The notes under the pieces were generated by a model. That model did no database searches. It was given only the letters and a program-made list of their open reading frames with translations, and was not told the origin of the DNA. This document shows, piece after piece, positions 1 through 4,205 of a stretch of DNA of 4,205 nucleotides (the first letter of the stretch is position 1; each line of letters opens with the position of its first letter). A program made the translations under genes and the position numbers. The DNA is from a virus (lineage: Duplodnaviria > Heunggongvirae > Uroviricota > Caudoviricetes), in IMG/VR virus record IMGVR_UViG_2667527898_000012, positions 1-4,205 of that record. One strand, 5' to 3'.

Positions 1-2712
1 GGCAATATAAAGGCGTCCGTCCTGCATCTTCTGCAGCTTCACCGCCCACATGCTGTTCAGGTCATTACGGGTGTCCGTCTGCACACGCTGGATTTGCTGT
101 ATGGTGGCGCTCTGGTCCTCCAGCGTTTTACTGACCGTCTGTGTGATTTCATTGCGGGTTTCGGTGATGGTGGTCTGCATTTCCGCCATCTCGTCCTTCA
201 GCTGACTGTTGTCAATCTCTGCCCACAGCGCCTCTGCCAGATGCGTTTTTCCTATCTTTTCCCGGAAAAGTTCCAGATAGCCCGCAGCATCATTGCTCGC
301 CCGTCCACTGGCTTCCACAAAAGCAGATTTACCCACCAGGTTGACGCTGCGCACATAAAACCAGAAATCCTTTCCGGGCTTAATGTGCGGACCGGAGACA
401 CTCCACTGACTGCCGGTCCCCAGATAACGGGCAGAGGTTTCCACCTGTGCGGCGTCTGCAATTTTTGCCTCCGAAAACCAGAACTCAAACTGCACCGTCG
501 GGTCATAAATGGTCAGTTTCGGGACTGCCGTTATCTGAAAATACCCCGGCGTCAGTTCAACACCGGCAGGCGCTGCCGGTGCGTTAATCCGGAACGTGGT
601 GGTGGCGGGTTCGCCCTGCTGGCCATAGCTGTTAATCGCCCTGACCGTCAGGGTGTATTCCCCGAGAGGCAGGCCACTGAAACGGTGCTCCGTATCGGCA
701 GTGATGGCGGTGGTCAGCAGGCGGCTGTTCTCACCGCTTCCACTGGTCAGGCGCAGACTGAAGCGCACGCCCTTCACCACCCTCGGCGTGTCCCATTTCG
801 CCAGCGCCAGATACTGGCTGTCAGCTGCGCTCACCTCCACCGTCAGGTGCTGCACTGCCGGTGGGATAACGCTGTTCAGGGTGCCTGACTGCGGCTCAAA
901 GCGGGCTCCGTTATCCACAATGGCTTCTTTTTCCGGTACGTGCTGCACTGCCGTGATGGCAAAGGTGCCGTCCGTGTTTTCCCGGATGGAGACACAGCGG
1001 AACAGGCGACGGCGCAGTGACGGCAGGGAGAGTCCCCACACCCCGTATGTCTCCACACCATCAGGCAGGGTACTGACCTGTATCCGGTCCGGCGCGGGGT
1101 GTGCGGTGATGTCCACACTCACCGGCTTACCGCTGCCGTTAATCAGGTTCACCGTCGATGTACCTGTCCCCGGAAGTGTCACTTCACGGTCCAGCGTCAG
1201 GGTGCGGGTGGCAGCATCAATGGACAGGACACGTCCGCCGGTCAGGGTTCCGGCATAGTCGTTATCACAGATTTCAATGATGTCACCGGGTGTGTGCCGC
1301 AGCCCCTGTGACCCGAGTGTGAAATCCACCGTCTGCGTTTCCAGCAGTTCTGTCTTTATCACCCACAGCCCGGCACGGTGGGCCTGACCGCGACTGGTGC
1401 AGCCGAACGCATCCATCTTCAGCAGGTTGCGTCCGTAGCGCAGTATGGCTTCCGGGTCTTCCACCAGTTCCGTGGAGGTCTGCCAGCCGTTCTGCGGGTC
1501 GGTGTAATTCACCTCCACCGCCGTGTGCCGGTCCTTCAGGGCACTGAAGCTGTAGCGGAACCCCACGCCGTTATCATCCACCACCACATCGCTGTTCGTG
1601 TACGGCCACACCACATCCGACTGGCGGTCCTGAACGAACGTCAGCGTCTGGCCGTTCCATACCGGCATACAGCGCATCGCCGAGCAGAAATCACTGAGAA
1701 CGTCCCACGCCTTACGCTGTTGTGCCAGGTACGCATTAAAGGTCATCCGCGGCTCTGTGCCCCCGAAACCATCCGGGACCGTCTGGTCGCAGTACTGCCC
1801 GATGGCATACAGCGCCCACTTGTCCACATCCGCCGCCCCCAGACGTTTTCCCATGCCGTAGCGCGGGTGAGTCAGCATGTCCCACAGACACCAGGCCGGA
1901 TTGTTACTGTATGCCGGTTTCAGACTGCCGTCCCAGATACCACTGTACGTGCGTTTTTCCGGGTCATAGTTTGACGGCACCTGGATGATGCGACCGCGGA
2001 TATGGTAGTTCACCGTCATCTGCTGGCCGCCGAACTGCTCCGCATCCACCTGCAGCCCCACAATGGCCGTGTTCGGGTAGCACTGTTTCACATCGATAAT
2101 TTCGGTGTATGACGACCAGAGCGTCTTATTCTGCAGCTGGTCCGTGGTGCTGTCCGCCGTCTCCCTGACCATCCGGATGTTAAAAGGACGGGGAGGCAGA
2201 TTATCCAGAATCACCGACGCCAGAAACTGCGAGGTGGTCTTGCCGTTAATGGTGACATCCTTTTCCGTCATCCATTTACCACCACGCTCAAGCTGAATCA
2301 GCAGGCGGACAGACGTCGGGTTACGGTCACCCTTTGACGTGGTCTGCACCAGTGACTGCACCCCGAAGGTCACCCGCAGGCGGTCAATGTTCGCGGACGT
2401 AATGGTGCGCGTCACCGGTTTTGCCTTCGTCACTTCCACGCCCAGTACAGTTTCAGCTCCGGAGGACTCAAAGCCTTCCGGTGGTGTCTGCTCCTGCTCC
2501 CCGGCGCGCCAGACCGCCGTCACACCGTGTATCACGGGATTACCGTCCGTGTCCGTCAGCGGGGTTTTGTTCACCAGGATACTCTGCAGTCCCTTCACCG
2601 GGCCTTCTGTCGGTCCCTCACCAACCGCATCAGTCACGCTCATCATCTGCGTGGATTTGAGATTATCCTTCGCCTCACGAGGCGTGTGTGCTTTCCCTCC
2701 ACTTTTTCCCAT
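1..2712 (-). CDS. J: Host specificity protein J / central tail fibre (tip attachment protein), N-terminal 904 codons; 3' end lies beyond the window start
   Basis: Hand translation of the reverse complement from ATG at 2712-2710 gives MGKSGGKAHTPREAKDNLKSTQMMSVTDAVGEGPTEGPVKGLQSILVNKTPLTDTDGN... and runs to position 1 with no stop (checked in consecutive 60-nt blocks; frame = codons ending at multiples of 3). The N-terminus and many internal blocks (e.g. NKTLWSSYTEIIDVKQCYPNTA, WCLWDMLTHPRYGMGKRLGAADVDKWALY, RCVSIRENTDGTFAITAVQHVPEKEAIVDNGA, TPGYFQITA...YDPTVQFEFWFSE) match what I recall of phage lambda J. SD-like GGGAAGG sits 4 nt upstream of the ATG. Absent from the ORF track only because no stop occurs in-window. 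Confidence 0.95.
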   Translation of the reverse strand, partial: MGKSGGKAHTPREAKDNLKSTQMMSVTDAVGEGPTEGPVKGLQSILVNKTPLTDTDGNPVIHGVTAVWRAGEQEQTPPEGFESSGAETVLGVEVTKAKPVTRTITSANIDRLRVTFGVQSLVQTTSKGDRNPTSVRLLIQLERGGKWMTEKDVTINGKTTSQFLASVILDNLPPRPFNIRMVRETADSTTDQLQNKTLWSSYTEIIDVKQCYPNTAIVGLQVDAEQFGGQQMTVNYHIRGRIIQVPSNYDPEKRTYSGIWDGSLKPAYSNNPAWCLWDMLTHPRYGMGKRLGAADVDKWALYAIGQYCDQTVPDGFGGTEPRMTFNAYLAQQRKAWDVLSDFCSAMRCMPVWNGQTLTFVQDRQSDVVWPYTNSDVVVDDNGVGFRYSFSALKDRHTAVEVNYTDPQNGWQTSTELVEDPEAILRYGRNLLKMDAFGCTSRGQAHRAGLWVIKTELLETQTVDFTLGSQGLRHTPGDIIEICDNDYAGTLTGGRVLSIDAATRTLTLDREVTLPGTGTSTVNLINGSGKPVSVDITAHPAPDRIQVSTLPDGVETYGVWGLSLPSLRRRLFRCVSIRENTDGTFAITAVQHVPEKEAIVDNGARFEPQSGTLNSVIPPAVQHLTVEVSAADSQYLALAKWDTPRVVKGVRFSLRLTSGSGENSRLLTTAITADTEHRFSGLPLGEYTLTVRAINSYGQQGEPATTTFRINAPAAPAGVELTPGYFQITAVPKLTIYDPTVQFEFWFSEAKIADAAQVETSARYLGTGSQWSVSGPHIKPGKDFWFYVRSVNLVGKSAFVEASGRASNDAAGYLELFREKIGKTHLAEALWAEIDNSQLKDEMAEMQTTITETRNEITQTVSKTLEDQSATIQQIQRVQTDTRNDLNSMWAVKLQKMQDGRLYIA

Positions 2713-2716
2713 CCAC

Positions 2717-2723
2717 CCTTCCC
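2717..2723 (-). promoter_or_regulatory. Shine-Dalgarno-like element GGGAAGG for J
   Basis: Minus-strand sequence CAGGGGAAGGGTGG precedes the J ATG; the purine-rich core ends 4 nt before the start codon (short but plausible spacing). Confidence 0.4.
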
Positions 2724-2815
2724 CTGAAAAAATTATCCGCCACTTGCCATTCCGTACAGAAGTCGGATATCCTTCGCCCGAAAAGCATGAAACACATTTC
2801 TGCCATGCTAAACAG

Positions 2816-2850
2816 AAACCCCGGTATCAGCAGATACCGGGGTTTTCTTT
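2816..2850. terminator. Perfect 13-bp hairpin AAACCCCGGTATC-AGCA-GATACCGGGGTTT flanked by A-tract and U-tract; candidate bidirectional intrinsic terminator
   Basis: Arms at 2816-2828 and 2833-2845 are exact reverse complements around a 4-nt loop. Downstream is TTTTCTTTC on the plus strand and TTTCTGTTT on the minus strand. Located about 100 nt upstream of the J start codon. Confidence 0.5.
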
Positions 2851-2917
2851 CATGCCAACCGATAATCCTGTTGGTTAAAACCGGTAATGGCATAAAAATT
2901 CTGAATATCTTCACATT

Positions 2918-2945
2918 TTCACACACTGACTGTGGCGCTTATAAT
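2918..2945 (+). promoter_or_regulatory. Candidate sigma70 promoter: -35 TTCACA (2918-2923), 16-bp spacer, -10 TATAAT (2940-2945); A/T-rich stretch upstream (2889-2910)
   Basis: Read directly: -35 matches consensus at 5 of 6 positions, -10 is a perfect TATAAT, spacing is 16 bp. It faces away from J and towards I, i.e. antisense to the tail operon. Predicted transcription start near 2951-2953. Confidence 0.5.
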
Positions 2946-2951
2946 TTCGCT

Positions 2952-3050
2952 GCGTTAGTGTTTTTTTGCCCGAGTAACAAAAACAACTCCTTAACATTAA
3001 TCTTCATTTGTCTGTCCCCGCAGCTCCGCGATCACTGCGGGATTTTTTTA
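2952..3050 (+). ncRNA. Putative prophage-encoded small RNA (about 100 nt) between promoter and intrinsic terminator; possible Hfq-type sRNA or anti-sRNA
   Basis: Promoter at 2918-2945 and terminator at 3017-3058 bracket about 100 nt with no ATG and no ribosome-binding site. A GTG at 2958 opens a frame but lacks an SD and the frame runs on through the terminator. The segment includes a U7 run (2961-2967), a CA-rich stretch AACAAAAACAAC (2976-2987, four consecutive A-R-N triplets), and a 3' GC hairpin plus U-tract. Coordinates of the 5' and 3' ends are estimates. Confidence 0.45.
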
Positions 3051-3058
3051 TTCTTTTT
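3017..3058 (+). terminator. Rho-independent terminator on the plus strand: stem CCCGCAG (3017-3023) / CTGCGGG (3035-3041), 11-nt loop, then ATTTTTTTATTCTTTTT
   Basis: Perfect 7-bp GC-rich inverted repeat immediately followed by a long T-tract on the plus strand only; on the minus strand the stem is preceded by A's and not followed by U's. The U-tract overlaps the stop codon of I (3057-3059). Confidence 0.6.
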
Positions 3059-3737
3059 ACCCCTGCCGCCCGATAACCACGACCTTTCCGCACCCGCCTT
3101 CATCACGGGTACTGATGTCCTGGGATATACGGCGGGAGCCAACCAGCATTTCCCCGTAAGGCACCGGCATCGGGTTACCCTGGGCAATCATGTTGTCCAG
3201 TGACGAAAAATACGTGTTCTGTCTGCCGTTATCCGTTGCGCGGTAATCCGGTGTTTTTGCCTTCGGGGCCAGCATCTGGGCCACACCACCCAGAATCATG
3301 CTGGCCCCCAGTGAAAACAGCATCGTGGTGGCAGAAAAACCGCCGGCACTCAGGGCTGTACCCCATAACGCCATCGAGGCACCGGCAGTGAGGAAAGAGC
3401 CCACGATGGCTGCCGCCCCCAGCACAATCTGAAGTCCGCCCTTTCCGGCCCCGGCCAGTCGCGGCACAATATGGATAACCGTTCCCTCACCCAGTGGTTC
3501 GTGAAGGCGGGCATACACCGCCTCCGGTGCCGTATCCTCACCGGCAATGCGTATCTGGTACCAGCCTTCGTTCATCTGACGGCGAAAGCCCGGCACCTGC
3601 AGCGACAGGGCGCGGATGGCTTCCGCCGCCGTGTTCACATACAGGCTGAAGCGGCGGCCAAATCGTTGTAAATCCCCGTGAAGGCAGATGCGTGCCAGTG
3701 GCGGTGACGCCAGACAGAATGCGTTCGTCGTTGCCAT
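3057..3737 (-). CDS. I: Tail assembly protein I (tail tip assembly), 226 aa
   Basis: ORF-track protein MATTNAFCLASPPLARICLHGDLQRFGRRF...GASMILGGVAQMLAPKAKTPDYRATDNGRQNTYFSSLDNMIAQGN...VVVIGRQG resembles lambda gpI as I recall it, including the Gly/Ala-rich hydrophobic central segment. Stop TAA at 3059-3057 confirmed by hand. Lies between K and J in the lambda gene order. Start at 3737 is inside the K reading frame. Confidence 0.93.
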   Translation of the reverse strand: MATTNAFCLASPPLARICLHGDLQRFGRRFSLYVNTAAEAIRALSLQVPGFRRQMNEGWYQIRIAGEDTAPEAVYARLHEPLGEGTVIHIVPRLAGAGKGGLQIVLGAAAIVGSFLTAGASMALWGTALSAGGFSATTMLFSLGASMILGGVAQMLAPKAKTPDYRATDNGRQNTYFSSLDNMIAQGNPMPVPYGEMLVGSRRISQDISTRDEGGCGKVVVIGRQG

Positions 3738-4205
3738 TTTTCGGAATACCTCTCCCGTTTACTCAGTTGTTCAGGCAGATGGTGAAGCAGTTCACCGTTG
3801 CCGCAGTAAATGGCGGCATGATTAGCCACCGATGCGCCGAAGCAGCACAGCAGGATATCGCCCGGCAGTGCAGAGGACAGGGGCACCCGGTAAAAGCCCG
3901 TTTCCTCCATATTGTCCAGGTAAAGGTTCTGACCGTTGCACCACCAGTCATCCTCACGGTGAAAATCCGGCATATCAATGCCTGCCAGATGGTATGCATC
4001 CCGGAACAGCGTGTAACAGTCCGTCACCCCGTGCGCAAAGCGCCGTCCCGTCAGGTGCGGAACGCAGCGGAATTTGTGAATGTCACCCCGGCTGACCAGC
4101 CACCAGGGCAGTGCGCTTTTTATCTGCAGCCGCCGGTCGGCCTCGCTCAGCCAGGGCAGTCCACCGGGATGACTGTGGACCAGTGCCACAATCTCCCCCT
4201 GCATC
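3635..4205 (-). CDS. K: Tail assembly protein K (MPN/JAMM metalloprotease-like plus NlpC/P60 cysteine peptidase-like domains); 5' end truncated by the window edge
   Basis: In-window protein contains the JAMM signature H-x-H-x7-S-x2-D (HSHPGGLPWLSEAD) followed by an NlpC/P60-like Cys...His...His arrangement (GVTDCYTLF ... ANHAAIY ... LLHHLP), the two-domain layout known for lambda gpK. The frame is open to the last base of the window, so the true start is upstream of 4205. It overlaps the I start by 103 nt in a different frame, which matches the lambda K/I overlap as I recall it. Confidence 0.9.
   Translation of the reverse strand, partial: MQGEIVALVHSHPGGLPWLSEADRRLQIKSALPWWLVSRGDIHKFRCVPHLTGRRFAHGVTDCYTLFRDAYHLAGIDMPDFHREDDWWCNGQNLYLDNMEETGFYRVPLSSALPGDILLCCFGASVANHAAIYCGNGELLHHLPEQLSKRERYSEKWQRRTHSVWRHRHWHASAFTGIYNDLAAASACM

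Noticed and set aside
252-1118. Minus-strand short ORFs 252-506 and 876-1118
   Set aside because: Same strand as J but out of frame and fully nested inside it; Trp/Arg/Pro-rich composition; no independent start signals.
2744-2773. Possible second plus-strand promoter TTGCCA-18-TATCCT upstream of the 13-bp hairpin
   Set aside because: Weak -10 and an 18-bp spacer; kept only as an alternative explanation for the hairpin, not called as a feature.
94-2878. Plus-strand ORFs from the track (94-888, 653-1258, 1099-1311, 1378-1974, 2105-2296, 2339-2878, 2421-2660, 2527-2727)
   Set aside because: All lie antisense to the uninterrupted minus-strand J reading frame. Their products are Arg/Val/His/Cys-rich low-complexity sequences typical of the wrong strand of a GC-rich gene, with no recognisable motifs or start contexts.
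2852-2893. Imperfect inverted repeat ATGCCA...TGGCAT with 30-nt spacing, possible operator
   Set aside because: Only 6 bp of complementarity with a long spacer; expected by chance in AT-rich sequence; no second copy in the window.
2675-2926. Minus-strand 83-aa ORF overlapping the J start and the 2816-2845 hairpin
   Set aside because: Runs through the perfect hairpin and into J out of frame; no SD; better explained as chance open frame in the 5' leader of J.
2939-3007. 22-codon minus-strand mini-ORF (MKINVKELFLLLGQKNTNAAKL) in the I-J spacer
   Set aside because: Only a weak SD-like GGGGA upstream, and too short to assess by composition. It lies exactly antisense to the better-supported promoter-sRNA-terminator unit. 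Cannot be supported without conservation or ribosome-profiling data.
2688-3203. Plus-strand 171-aa ORF spanning the I-J spacer into the antisense of I
   Set aside because: Reads straight through the promoter and the intrinsic terminator and continues antisense to I; no ribosome-binding site; Phe/Leu/Ser-rich product typical of AT-rich non-coding sequence.
3200-4095. Short ORFs inside I and K on either strand (3200-3391 +, 3350-3547 -, 3471-3671 +, 3763-3999 -, 3832-4095 +)
   Set aside because: Nested within, and antisense or out of frame to, the well-supported I and K genes; no motifs, no start signals.
1-4205. tRNA, rRNA, CRISPR array, integrase or transposase, attachment sites
   Set aside because: No cloverleaf-like or rRNA-like sequence, no regularly spaced direct repeats, and no ORF with recombinase or transposase motifs. 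The window is internal to a structural-gene block, so prophage ends are not expected here.

Overview
This window is the distal tail-morphogenesis segment of a lambda-like (lambdoid siphovirus) phage or prophage, with all three genes on the minus strand. They are the 3' portion of tail assembly gene K (3635-4205, start off-window), tail assembly gene I (3057-3737), and the first 904 codons of the host-specificity/central tail fibre gene J (2712 down to 1, continuing past the window start). J is missing from the supplied ORF track because it has no stop inside the window. I translated it by hand in 60-nt blocks and it is one uninterrupted frame beginning MGKSGGKAHTPREAKDNLKSTQ. The plus-strand ORFs listed between 94 and 2878 are antisense shadows of J. 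The one non-canonical element is the 344-bp, visibly AT-richer I-J spacer (2713-3056). It carries a near-consensus sigma70 promoter pointing against the tail operon, a roughly 100-nt non-coding transcript with a CA-rich stretch, and a clear intrinsic terminator, plus a separate perfect 13-bp hairpin. My best reading is a prophage-borne small-RNA module, possibly of the GcvB-antagonising anti-sRNA type reported from EHEC prophages. That is a hypothesis from sequence reading only; no search or folding was run. No tRNA, rRNA, CRISPR array, integrase or transposase signal was seen.
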